Shown here in pieces: positions 9,605-21,931 of a stretch of DNA of 58,728 bases. The notes below the pieces were generated by a model. The model made no database searches. It saw only the letters and a program-made list of their open reading frames with translations, and was not told where the DNA came from. Positions within the stretch are counted from its first letter, which is position 1. Each line of letters opens with the position of its first letter. Location: assembly GCA_001179505.1 (NCBI GenBank), contig CDMY01000522.1, positions 1-58,728 of the forward strand, written 5' to 3'. Source of the stretch: Vitrella brassicaformis CCMP3155 (lineage: Eukaryota; Protista; Chromerida). The position numbers and the translations under genes are program-made.

Positions 9605-12600
9605 TCACAGAGGCACCCCGAAGCACACAGGCGCGCTTCCCACCAGGTATCTGAACCGGCAGGCCCGCCTGGCCAGCGCCACCGCCTCAACGAGGCCCTC
9701 GTCGTTGGCCTCCTGCAGCAGCCTCGTCGTGAACCGGTCCAAATCTACGTCCGTCACGTCAAACAAAGTGCCCAAAGCTAACGGGCTGCAGCGCACACAG
9801 AGAAGCGAAGAAAATCCATGTGTGAAGGACGACATGTGGAGTGGGATGTGTACCTGCCGCCGATGAGGTAGTTGAGTGGCGTGCTGAAGGGCTCGAAATG
9901 CGGCACTCTACGGACAAGGCGGGCAGAGCTGCAGCCCAGCAGCAGGGCCGCTGCGGCACGGCACCCCCGCGACGCGCTGCTGTTGCCCCCAGTGGCCGCA
10001 TTCCCATCCCGAGAGTCCTCTTGTGCGAGTCCTGGGCGTGTGTCGCCCACCCAGCCCTTCTGCACCAGCTCGCCCGGCAGATACGCCTCGCCCCCCTGGT
10101 GACCTGCGGGACAAGACGGCAGACAAATTGGTGTGTGGGGTGTTTCGTGGTGGGATCTGGTGTCGTGCGTCTCGGTCACCGCAGTAGAGGTAGAGGTCTC
10201 GCAGGGCGAGCTGACGAATGATCTCCGTCCCTGACACAACACACATACCGACACACCACCCGTGCCATTCACCGTGCGGCCCGACCTCCCCTTGTCCCTC
10301 ACTTTCGGGCACGACGCCGATGACGCCCGTCCAGTTGGGCTGCCGCACCAGCAACGGCTTGATGGCCGCCTCAGTACAACTCAAATCACCACTCGGGTTC
10401 AATACGAAATACCCCGCTGACTGCGACGGCCGGATCTGCAGGTGCTGCTGAGGAGAGGACACAGTGCTGACCACCGCCGGATCCCTCTCCAACGTGTCGG
10501 CAGGCGACGCCAGAGGCTGCATATCACTCAGCGTGGCCAGCATGGCTGCCGATGCCACCCCACGAGACACCGCCTGGCCGTCGAGACACGGCAGAGACTC
10601 GAAGGGGAAGTCTGCCAGCGATGCGGAGGGGAAGAGGACCACTGGGCCTCGACGCGAGAGTGCCCCAGACTGGTCGCTGCTGACTGCACTGACGAAGGAC
10701 TGGGCGGCGTCCTTCCATGATGCAGCGGGGAGGGGGCCGCTGGCCGCTCGCAGTGGCATGACGCTCTCGCAGATGAGCCGGATGCTGTCACCGATGGAGT
10801 CGGTCACCTCTTCCTCGGCTGCCCCCGACGACGCCAGCTGCGGCAGGCTCAATGCAAGCAGCGTGAGACAGCACATGCCCGCCAGCACCGGCCGCACCGT
10901 ATCTGGGGAGCTGCGGTGGTCCTTGACGACAGCAAGGAGGGCATGCAGGCCGGTGAAGCAGGAGGGGCCGCCGTCGATCCAACCGAGCACCTTCCTCGCC
11001 GCCTCTCGCCAAGCCTCCCAATCGCCCGCAGGTGCAGCTAGTGGGGCGAATGAGGGCGGCCGGCCAGCAGGTGCTGCTGCTGGTGCCCTCTTGAGCGGAG
11101 GTTTGTGGGCGGTCTTCTTGGGGGCTGGTGACGGCGGTGATGGGACGCCCGTGAAGAGGAATGAGGCCCCACGGAGAAGGCTGTGTTCGAAGTCCCGGAA
11201 CAAGGTGCCGAGCTGCTCGTCAAGTGCCATTCTGCAGGCCGCAAGTAAGACAGACGCAAGACAGACGCTGCTCGCCTCACTTTGCAAGTGCGTCCTCTTC
11301 TCTCTCCGGCTCACCGTTCGTGTCGCCACTGTTTGCTGAGTTCGGGGTCCTTGGCCCTGTCCTGGTGGTGTTTGTGGATCTCTAGCGTCCGCTGCAAACC
11401 CGCGCTGTTGTCCTCCTACAAATGACATAAATGAAGACATGCCATACCATGCCTCGCGGACCCGCCGTTTCTCACCCTCCCTCCCTGAGTCTTTCCCACC
11501 TGTATCTTCCGATATCTCTGCAAGCAGCTGTCCAGGACCCCTGGCTCGCTCCCCTGCACCTTGACGCACACGAACGCCCCCTCAATATTCGCCTTGCTGC
11601 CGGCATCTTTGCCCTCGTCCGGTGCAGCACTGCGCGACCGAGCAGCAGCCGGACTCGGCCGCTTCGCCCTCGGCGCAGCAGCTGGTGGCTTGGCGTTTGG
11701 CCCCTTCCTCTGGCAGTCCTCCCGGCTCACGCCAGCCTTGCGTTGAGGTACACGAGGCTGTGATGCGTCCTGCACCACCTCCAGCACCGTCTGCATCAGG
11801 ACGGCGGGGAAGTAGCGGCCGACAGTGAGAGCCGACTGCCCCTGCGATGAGAGGGCAACGAAGACAGCACTCCACTTGACGGGCAAGAGGCTAAGAGGAC
11901 TCGTGGCGTGCCGGTGTTCCTGTGACGGCTGGAGGGCGACCTGTGCGGCGAGCAGACGGGGCGGGTCCTTGTCGAGCGGCCTGCTCTGCCGCTGCGTGCG
12001 GCGGAACTCTCGAAATGCCGACACCATGAACCCACTGACGGCGGGGAACAGGCTTTGCACCAGCGACTGCACGCGCCACTGCAACTCGCACAGCCGGGAG
12101 GCCTCCTCTCGCGACGTTGGTGTCTCCTGCTGCAGGGTCTCGGTCTCCGTAGGCCTCTTCCTCTCAGGTGTGGCTGTCCGCGACACACTCCGCCCCCTGC
12201 CCCTGCCCCGACCCCGTCCACCGCGGCCCCCTCTGGCCTTGGCCTTCGCTTTGCCCTTCGGCTGTGCCTTGGGTGGCTCTCGTGGCGCGGCAACCTCATT
12301 GCTTGACAGCGAAAGGGCCTCCACGGCCATGTCCCTCCCCACCATGAGGGCTTCGATGAGGAACAGCGCCGCGTCGCGAATGGCAGGTCCCAGACACAGC
12401 AGTCGGGCCAACCGCAGGCTGAGGGCAGCCAACGCGACGCTGCAATGCCAGCTGGCGGACTGCCCCTTCTCCGTTCCTGTCAGTGACTCAAGCACCGAGT
12501 TGAGGGCCGCCGTGTCGACCTCCCATCGGCAGCCTGCTGTGGTGCTCTCGTTCGGCGTCAAGAGACGGTGGGCCAGCTGAAGAGTCATGATGCACCCCTC

Positions 12601-15600
12601 GAGCGACCCTCCATTCTTCTCATCGGCACTCAGCAACCTGGACGCCACCTCCAGGCAAAGTCGGGCCAGGCTGGGTGTGGTAGGGTGGAGCTGCTGCAGG
12701 CGCGTCCTCAGGGCACTGACCGTGGCACCAATAAGGCCGTCAGACATGTTGGTGGCGCTCACCGCGCCGTCCCCGGGCCACCAGACTTGCGGACAGGCGC
12801 TTGTGTCGCCGACAGACGCACTGTGGTCGTCCATGAGCAGGCTCCCATCCTTGTCGCGCCGCCAGGCCAGCAGGCCCATGACCTTGGCGGGCTCGAGTCT
12901 GGAACATGCCGGTCGTTCGCCGCTATTGTCGTCCTCATCAGGTGAGTCATGCTCCTCTTGACACGACAGTGGCTCATCGTCAGCTGCGGCCTCTGCTTGG
13001 CCTCCTCTCGGGTCGGTCGCCACAGGGTCCACTCCCCAGGCGATGGGGCTGGCCAGGGGGGATGGGAACAGCGGCTGCTCCAGGTTGACTAGGGCCAGCG
13101 CGAAGTGCGCCGCCCAGTTGGTCAGCACGCTCTCGCTCGAGCACATGGTCAGGCCATTGGTGTAGAAGTACTTGGCGTATGAAGACATCTCGGCTTTCTC
13201 CGACAGCTGGCCGAGGAGCAGGAAGACGCGCAGGACGGCCGCCCAGCTCTGCCACCGGTCGAATTTGAGGCGGATGGCGGAGATGGGCTCTTGGTCGGGT
13301 GGACTGGCGACTTTGGCGCGTCTCATGGTGGTGAGGCCGAAGCCGGTGACGAATGAGGCCGCGGTGAATGCGTGGGCCATTGCGGCGCCTAGAGACCCCT
13401 GAACATACATGCGATGCCTGCAGACAGAGAGACCAAAGAGGAGATTCATGAATGATCGACGGAAAGTGTCACGGTCAGCTCGTTGTGTCACAGCCTGTGT
13501 GTTTGGTACCTGGCGAGTTGTGTGGAAATGGTGACGTAGTGGATGCATTCCTGCTTCGTCAGTCCGCCTCCCTTCGGCTGCGCGTCGACAGGGCGTAGCG
13601 TGGCGCCGCTGTTGACTGGACGGGGCGGGGCTGGGGACCTCGGACCCCCATCAGGTGCGACAACGGCCGCCTCGCCATACAGTTGCAACACCTACGTCAA
13701 GAGCGAAAGGCGGCCATCAGGCATGGAACACATATACCCTTGTCCTTCCTTGGCTGACCTCGTTGGCACGTGTCCAGTGGCCCAGTGCCTGCATGGCTTC
13801 GATAGCCGCGGCTCTCAGCCGCCCTCTGCCCTCGTCCACTATCGCTCCCTCCTCCAGCCGCACGCGCAGCGCTTCAGCCGCCTCAAGCCACTCCCACGCT
13901 CGACACATAGCCTCTCTACCGCCACCAGCACAGTCATGAGCCAGCGCAATGCTAAGGCGATAGAGCACCACAGCACAACCCCTCTGTCGATGAGGGTCAG
14001 TCGATAGATTGTCATCGTCCGAGGGATCGGCCCATGATAGTGCAAGAAGACGGGCTGCCAGCTGGAGGGTGGCGATCGTCAAGTGGCTCCATGTTGAGGC
14101 GGGCGACGGGGTGACGTCTGGCGATGTGTGGAGTAGGGGAGGGGTCGACAGCAGCTCAAGGAAGGAGGCCAGCTCCAGGGAGGCCCTGAACCCAGCCAGA
14201 CAGGGGAGCAAATGAGTGAAAACGACGAACTATATGCGTGTGGCGTCCTGATAGTCTCACCTGAGCAGCTGCTCGTTGTGCCTCTCTGACGTCTTGTCAC
14301 AATCCACCCCGTCTCGACAGCTGGCCACCGTCATGGCCCCCACGTCCGCTACATCCACCCCCGCAGCTGCATGCAGGGCCTCCACTGCCGCCTGCAGTGT
14401 CTTGAGCGCCTCTGCACTGGCCTTGGTGCACTGCTCCCACCCACAGCCACCCTTCGCTGTCCCCTTCTTGGCTCCCCTGCCTCTCTTCGCCTTGGCAGCA
14501 CCGGCAGTGGGCAGAGCTTTGGGGGGTGTTGACGGATCGAGACAGAGCTGCGCGTAATGGAAGAGACACTGGGCAAGGCAGAGCTGCAGCGGCCTCAACA
14601 CATCGGTAGCCGGCGGCCGCGCTGCTCCTCCCCTGCCCTTCCCAGAGGCACCGCGCACTGGTGTGTCGATCACGGCCTGCAGACGGCTCTTGGTGGCATC
14701 AAGGGCTCTCAGTCCCGCATGGGCACACTCAGAGGATGGACATGCCCGCACCAGCCATGCCGCCAGGCGCGTCTGGTTGTGCATTGCGCCAGCGAGGTTC
14801 TCTGATGCTTCCATCGACACCGTCTCCTTCATGCATCTCTCCAGATGGTCGAGCAGGGCCTTGTGCATTGTAAGGAGGAAGGGCAGCAGCCGCGGCATGG
14901 CCCTCTTGCCGACGTCGCTCATGGTGGCATGCTCCGCGCAGTAGTGCGTCCACAGCTGCAGCTCCTTGCCGAGCCAGTTGGCCGCGGCAACAGAGGCTCC
15001 CTCACTGGGTTGCCGCACAGCGTCGAGAAGAGGGCACTGGCAGATGTCGGCGAGGTCGCTGTCGTCCCCCTTCGCCTTCTCGTCGATGAGCCTCAGCCGG
15101 GCCTTGACGCCAAACGCGTGGATCCAGCTGATGTCCTTCTTGATCTGTCCCTCGTGTGTCTCGTCAGCCAGGGCATGGGCGAGGAAGGACGTCGACTGGC
15201 CGAGCAGGGCGTGGATGCCGCCCCACTGCTGCCGGTCGTAGGACTCCTCAACCAGCGTCTGGAGGGTCTGCACGAAGAACTCCGTCGCCTCCCTGCTAGC
15301 CAGTGGGGGCGTGTGGTCGTTTGACGGTGAGGGGAGGCAGAGTGAGGCGAGCAGGTCGTACGCCAGCCGGAAGCAGGCGATGTGTGCGTCTGACTGGCCG
15401 CTGGAGGCCTTGCCCCTGAGAGTGAAGCCCAAACGGCGCACACTGACGACAAAAACGACAGCATGAGAAAGACATCCATCTCTTGGCTCATCAGACTCTC
15501 CTTGCTGGTGGGTGCATGTTTGTCTAGTTGTCTTACGAGTCAGCAGGTGCGAGGAGGCTGGCTGCGTCGGCAGGGGTGGGGGATTTGCCCTCCCGCTGCA

Positions 15601-18411
15601 TGAACAGCCGCACTGTCTTCTCCAGCAGCGCCTGCAGCTGGATAGACAGACAGGCAGACAGACAGACATTTGCACACGATTCTCAGCCCGAAGGCGTATG
15701 TGCGTCTACGTAGCCGTGGGCCCTACCTGTGCCGATCGCTGTGGATTGCGGACATTGGCGACGAGGCGCACGAGAACGTCTACCTCTGTCTGTATAAAGA
15801 CAGACAGACAGCAAGGGGCAAAAGGGTAACCATAAGAAGTAGATCTACGAGATCTTCTGCTCGTGATTGCCAGTGTTCCTAGGTACCCGGAGGATCTGTG
15901 CGGCCAGCGTGCCGTCGCCTCCCTCCTTCCCCCGCAGCCGCCCCACCGCATGCCTCAACACGGCGGAGGCCTCACTCATGGCCACACCGACTCGCACCAC
16001 CCGCCCGTCCGTGTCGGCCCCCTCCCGCCTCTCCGCTCCCTGCGGCCTGGGTGTGATGGCCCCGAAGCCAGGAGTGCCCTTGCTCCTCTGAGTGGGTGGT
16101 GGTGGCGTGGCATTGCGGCTTGCCCCCTGTGACGGCTTGTTGAGGGCCGCGGTGAAGCTCTTGCCGACGAATCGGAGGGTGGTGAAGAGCTGGGTGTGGA
16201 TCTCTGAGAGGGCTGATGTGGTGATGTGGGGGGATCGGTGGATGGTGTCGAGCAGTCGGGGGATGGCGGACAGGGCCGTGTGGAGGGAGGCGAAGAGAGC
16301 GTCGTCGTGCCACATGCGGCAGAGCACATCCTCTACGCGACAAATATACAAGAGAAACGTACAGATAGTTCACTGCCTGCAGTGCCTGCCCTCGTGATGG
16401 GGTGGATGTGTGTACCAGTGTATGTGTGGAGCTCTCGCATCCTGAACCGGAGTATGGACAGGGCCAAATCGGCACTCTCTTCAACGTCGCCGACAGACCC
16501 CACATCCGAGCACTGCCGACACTCAGCTACCAAATCGCCAAACGCACCTGAACACGCGCACAAAACCATACCTCGCTGCTCCGAAGCCTCAGTGGGCCGC
16601 TCGCTGTTGCCGCTCTGCATACCTGCGGCCGCACACACCCGTCTGAGTGCGTCTACAATCCGCCCCATTGCGGCACTCTGCACGGGGGCCTGCTGAGGCG
16701 TCGATGGCCCCTTGGTGGGCGTGACGGGACGGTCGGCCAGCTTGCGCTTGTACTCGGACACGAAGCCGCAGAACGTCTCGTAGAGGTACATGAGGGCTGC
16801 CGTGGGGGCACGGTGGGTGAGAAGAGACGCGAGAGGGTGGCGGGCGGAGGGCACAAGGGTGGGGCACAGCAGTGATGTTGCCTCTTCGACGATGGACAGC
16901 TTCAGCTCGCGAGACATGCCTGTAGGTGGGGAAGCACAGGGGCCCCATAGTCATCGCACACAGCTCGCGATCCATCCTTGTCTTTTGGTGCCTACCCGTC
17001 CAGTAGATCGCCTGAACGATCTGCTTGGCGCTGGCGTGGAAGCGCTGCCTCCGCTCATCTCCCGCGTCAGATTCCCTCCCGCCGTAGAAGGCGAGGAAGA
17101 CCCCCAAACACGCACAGCGCCACACGCACCCCAAAGCGACGGCCCACTTGTCACCTTCCCCCTCGCCCACAGCTAGGTCCGATGCTGCGGTCGCCGCCTT
17201 GATCAGCGGCGCCATGAGGTGCTTCTCGATGGTGAAGTTGACGCTGTCGGTGTTGGTCTTGGTAGGTCGGTGGTCTTGCAGGGTCTCCATGGCGACCATG
17301 AGGGGCAAGATGCGCTTGACAGATACCATGGCGAATGTCTGCATAAAACACAGAGAGGGGAAAGGGCATCACGTCAAAGAGCATCTTTGTCCAATGGTCC
17401 ATGGGAGTGCCCTGCCCTTTATGTGGACCCACCTGGAGCTCTCGCATCCTCTTCCGAGCGATGACCATGTGTGCCAGCACCTTGCACCCGTCCATCAGGA
17501 CGCCACACAGCCGATATGCATCCTCGGCGCCGCCGCCACCACCTCCCGCATCATCATAGCTCGACGCACCCTTCCTCCTCTTCATGTTTCCCTCTCCCCC
17601 ACGCAATCCGATAGTCAGCAGCTTTTCCGCCACATCAGGAGGGCACGGCAGTTCACACAGCTCGCCCGCCGTGCCACTGCTGCTCACATCGTCTTCTGTG
17701 TCAGGGTCTCCCCAATGTGGCGTGGATGGCCTCTGCCGAACGGCACGGCCGGCTGTCGACTCCACACATGTGGCGGTGCAGCCGTCCATAGTGAGAGGGA
17801 ACAGTTCTGCAGGCGGCTCGACACGGGGGACTGGGCAAGGAGGGGCAGCCGATGGCTCTCGCAGCTGTGCGATATGCCGCTCCAGGTACTGGAAGAATGA
17901 CACTAGCTCCGGTGCAGCGCCGCTCTGATGGGAGAGAACACACAGTGAGGCATCATTCATGGACTTGGTGACATCACAGGCTGCTCACCGCCTTCACGTC
18001 TGCGAGGGCGAAACACACACGCACCCACAGCTGCGCCAAGTCGACTGGGGAGAGCACCGGAGCGGGCGCAGCCTTCTTGCCCTGCCGAGCAGCCGATGCC
18101 TGCATGGAGGACTGGGTCTCCTTGAGCGTGGTGAGGCATTGCTGAGCTATGGATGCGTAGATGGGCTTCTCAGTGGCCGGGGCGCTGGACGCCCGCCGCA
18201 GCGTCTGCGAGGCGATCTCGAGGATGGCACCGTGGAAGGAGTCGTCACAGGGCCTGCACACCACACATGGATACCAGGCAGATGAGATCACGTGTGGGTC
18301 CCGCCCTGACCTTTTGGATGGATGGCGCGAGATGATCTCAGTGACCTTTTGCTCGGCCTCTGCCGGATCTCTGTCCAGCAAGGCAACGACGTCCCGTACC
18401 GACGTGGTCAT
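9605..18411 (-). CDS. ESP1: Separase (peptidase C50), multi-exon
   Basis: 3' exons give KQWRHER-MALDEQLGTL, FPFESLPCL, VLNPSGDL, LYLYCGHQGGEAYL (catalytic His), LLLGCSSARL (catalytic Cys), GTLFDVTDVDLDRF and RYLVGSAPVCFGVPL*. A contiguous run of minus-strand ORFs reaches ATG 18411 (MTTSVRDVVALL). The C-terminal identity is strong; internal exon borders and the start are approximate. Confidence 0.88.
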
Positions 18412-18637
18412 TTCCCCGATGGACAACGCAACAGTCCGATCGCAAGCTCGCAGTGGCAGACGATGGGTTACACAGATCTTGTGTGTTTTTGTGACGTGGA
18501 GGTCGGCGAGAGGCAAGAAAATTCAGGCCCACATCTCAGCTGCAACCGGCAGAAGTCGAGCGAAGAGGCCCCACAAGCGCGGCCGAGCGACGAGGGCGGA
18601 GGTGGCCGGCGCCCGGAATCATTCGACGAAGAAGGCG

Positions 18638-21185
18638 ATGAGTGTCTCGGAATCGTCGGAAAGCAGCCTGGCAAGCAGCCGAGCGGCACCAGCCACGGGA
18701 GTGGTGAAAATTGGATGCCTGAATCGCCTGGATCGCCGACAGATGGGCATGATGTGGACGAACGGGGAGTGGAGGACAGAGGCGAGGAAGCTTAAAGAGA
18801 TGGTTGCTCAATTCTACGAGGGGGCAGGCAGCAAGGCGGCGTACGAAGAGTTTCCCACTACCCTTCGATACGAGACGCAAGTCAACGACAGTGGGGAGGT
18901 CGAAGAGAAGCTTGTCGGGATAGCGTTCACTCCCGAGCCCTTCATGAACACTGCATGGAGAGTCGCTCGTGCCCTTCTCTTTCAATTGGCAACTGCATTG
19001 GTCTTTGCAATCGCATGGGCGCTCTTCTGTGTGGGTAAGATAAAGCCAACTTCACGTGCAAGGAAACAAAGAAGATGTATCTCGACGGATGCCATCATGT
19101 TTGTGCGTTTATGTAAGGTTGCTGGCCGATGTGTGAGTAGAAGAGCTTCAGTCGCGGGGTGCCGTGGATAGTCCTTGATTTCGTTCGTGTGCTGCTTATC
19201 TGTGTCGGCTATATCGCCGGCGCACTCCTAATGGCCGAGGGGGATGGAGGACTAGCTTTGCGACGCCTTGTCTCGTGCTGGTGGCTTTTCGTGCCTGGCG
19301 CACTCTATGTGTTTTCAAAGGCAGTGGTGCACCACTTTTTTGAAGGGTTCAGAGTCCTATACAAAGCTTACATAATGCCCCCCGCGGTGTTTGTCGTCAT
19401 GCTGCTCATACCCTTCCTCTTCTTTCGCTTGAGCACCCACAGGAATAAGACTGTTATTCGGCACAGGAAGATGACGTATTCCATCCAGCTGACGTTGATA
19501 TATTCTGTAAATGTGTTACTCGGACACGTCACGTAAGCCGAAATGCCCATGTCAACATTCGATGTTGGCCTGCTTGTGTGTCTCCGGCAGCCAATTCTTT
19601 TTCCTGCCTCTGGCCGTAGAAACGGCGACGACCGATACGGAGCGGACACGAGTGGCATTCGGTTTCCTGCTGATCACGTGGCCACTCCTTGGATTAGGTA
19701 CGTTGGTTCTGCGATGATGCTGATGTGCGCGAAATGGCCTAGCCGTTCTTACAAATCAATCAGTGACGGCCACCAATCGGGCTATTCGGGATGGATCAGC
19801 ACTGCAGACAGCACCATGTCTCGCCTTTGGGGCTGTTGCGCATGCTTTGTTTCCTCGCATGTAAGCAGCACCCAAGTGAGAGACGAATATACATGATCAA
19901 TGCATTGCTCTACAGACTTCAGTCAAAAATGGCATTGCTTTCGCTGCATCAAATCCTGACATCTGTCGCTCTCGGGTAAGGTCTGCCTGACATATTGGCC
20001 CCTGCCATTCGCTGCCCTGTCCATTCTCCTCGGACAGGTGCTTCGACCTCTTGACAGACATCGCGATTCCATATTGTATGCAAGCAATCGATACATTGCA
20101 TTCCAAGTCATGTCTCTTCACATTCTTCTTGCGTGAGCAGGCGTTCTCCTTGGTGGCGCGAGCAGGAGGCTATTCATACGACTGGTGGCCCGCTTCAAGC
20201 CGAAGCAAAGGGAGACGCAAGATCAACATGATGCTGTCGACATTATTGACGTCAGGGACGCTATGGGAGCTACGGCTAAGAGCAACAGCGATCGAAAGCC
20301 CGGCCCTCCACTGAGTGGTCTTTCCACGAGGGCGGCGTCGTACCGCCGTTCGAAGAGTGCGGCATTCGATCGCCTCCGCTCCATGTTAAGCCGCTCGTCG
20401 CTTGCATCGCAGCTGAGTAGGATACTTGACGCGCAGTCCAAATTCGTGACGGCGGGGTACCATCCTATGTTCCTTCGTCGACTCAGCGACGTGAGCACTT
20501 GACAGGAAGAGTCATACATTCCATCCATGTATGTCTCCTTTTCCTGTTGATTGAGTACAGCAAGTCCATTTGTACGGCCTGGCGGAGCTGACCGCACTGG
20601 TACGAACACATGCAGGGAGGCAGGGACGTGATGCTTCCGTTCTGTCACCTTACTTACAGATCTTCTCCAATTTGTGCTCCATCATCTTTGAACAGGTGTG
20701 TGTGGACCTGCAGTATCACACCTGCCTGTGTATGTGTTTCGTCATACAGATGTTGTTTCCATCTGGCGAGCGGTTGGCGGAGAGACTGGCTGGCCTGGCG
20801 GTCCTTGTGCTTATCGAGATGAGCCTCGAATTCCTACTCTTCTGCGTGAGCTACATAGCTCTCCATTAAAGCGCAAAGACAAGGGCAATTCCATTCGCTC
20901 ACCATCTGCCTGGGTGTGGCTGGCTGTCTTGTCTTGGTGCGTTGGATGCAGTACATGGTTCGTGTGATCAATTTGCCATTGATCAGGAGCGAGAGGGAGC
21001 CGAAAGCCGTGAGAATGCGACTCATGGGCATGTTTTTCGCCGGCAGCATCTGTGTCGTTCACGGCGCTTCACACATAGTCGCCTTCGTTTTGCAGTCGTT
21101 GGACAGAGCGGCATATGGCAGCGTGGAGCTGCACGACTACTGTCCGCACGACTCTTTCCTCTTGCGGAGACACATGGGGGCATAA
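18638..21185 (+). CDS. Uncharacterised multipass membrane protein (~620 aa, about 9-10 hydrophobic segments), 11 exons
   Basis: Exons 18638-19030, 19141-19532, 19591-19697, 19743-19860, 19916-19975, 20038-20075, 20141-20490, 20561-20599, 20660-20695, 20750-20845, 20952-21185. All ten introns are GT-AG and phase-consistent, giving one open frame. The start codon is the least certain element. Confidence 0.78.
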
Positions 21186-21813
21186 TTGATTGAAATCAGC
21201 CAGCCAGCCAGCCAGTTGGTGAGTGAGATACATATCCGTATGCCGTGCTGTGCTCTGCTAAGGCAAGAAAAATGGCTGTCGTCAAGGTTTTCATGTCTCA
21301 TATGGGTAGGGCTGATATTGACGAGTGAGTGGTGCCCGCAACGTACTAGGACTTATTGGTTGTGATTGGCGATTAAGCGGAGCTTTGGTGTCGTTTCGCT
21401 CCACCTCACCAATCTGAGTTGTCTGCGTTGGTTCGATGAGTGAGACTGCTGCAGGCGTTGCATGTCAATGAGCGGTTCATCCACACACACACTGTCGAGT
21501 CAGTCGGCAGACAGCAGGCAGGACATGCAAAAGTCGTGTCACTACCAGCCATCCATCCATCCATCCCTCCGTTGCACCCTGCCTGTCATGTGGTGAATTC
21601 CTCAGTCAGTCCCCATCAAAAACGATGCACTTTGCCTGTATTTCACCCACATATCGGAAAAAGGCAGTTGGTGGCCAAGCAGACAGACAGACAGACGGGA
21701 TTATGTGGCCTCACTGCCGTCCATCCATCCCTTCCTGCTTTGCATGCAGCTCACACCGACGTGTCACTACTGAGGTCCCCTCCCTCCCGGCACACAGCAT
21801 CTTCTCATGCATT

Positions 21814-21931
21814 GACGGAGAGGAGGAACAGGAGGAGGAGTAGCCAGTGATACAGTCAGCCACATCATTGTCAGCAATGATGTGGCTATCTGTATCACTG
21901 GCTACTCCTCCTCCTGTCCCTCCTCTCCGTC
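21814..21931. repeat. Long inverted repeat (57-bp arms, 4-nt loop)
   Basis: 21814-21870 is the reverse complement of 21875-21931 at 54 of 57 positions, checked base by base. Loop is TCAG. Confidence 0.97.

Noticed and set aside
21814-21931. Inverted repeat interpreted as a MITE
   Set aside because: No internal spacer, no target-site duplication seen, and one arm is the host gene's own coding end; kept as a fold-back/hairpin finding instead.
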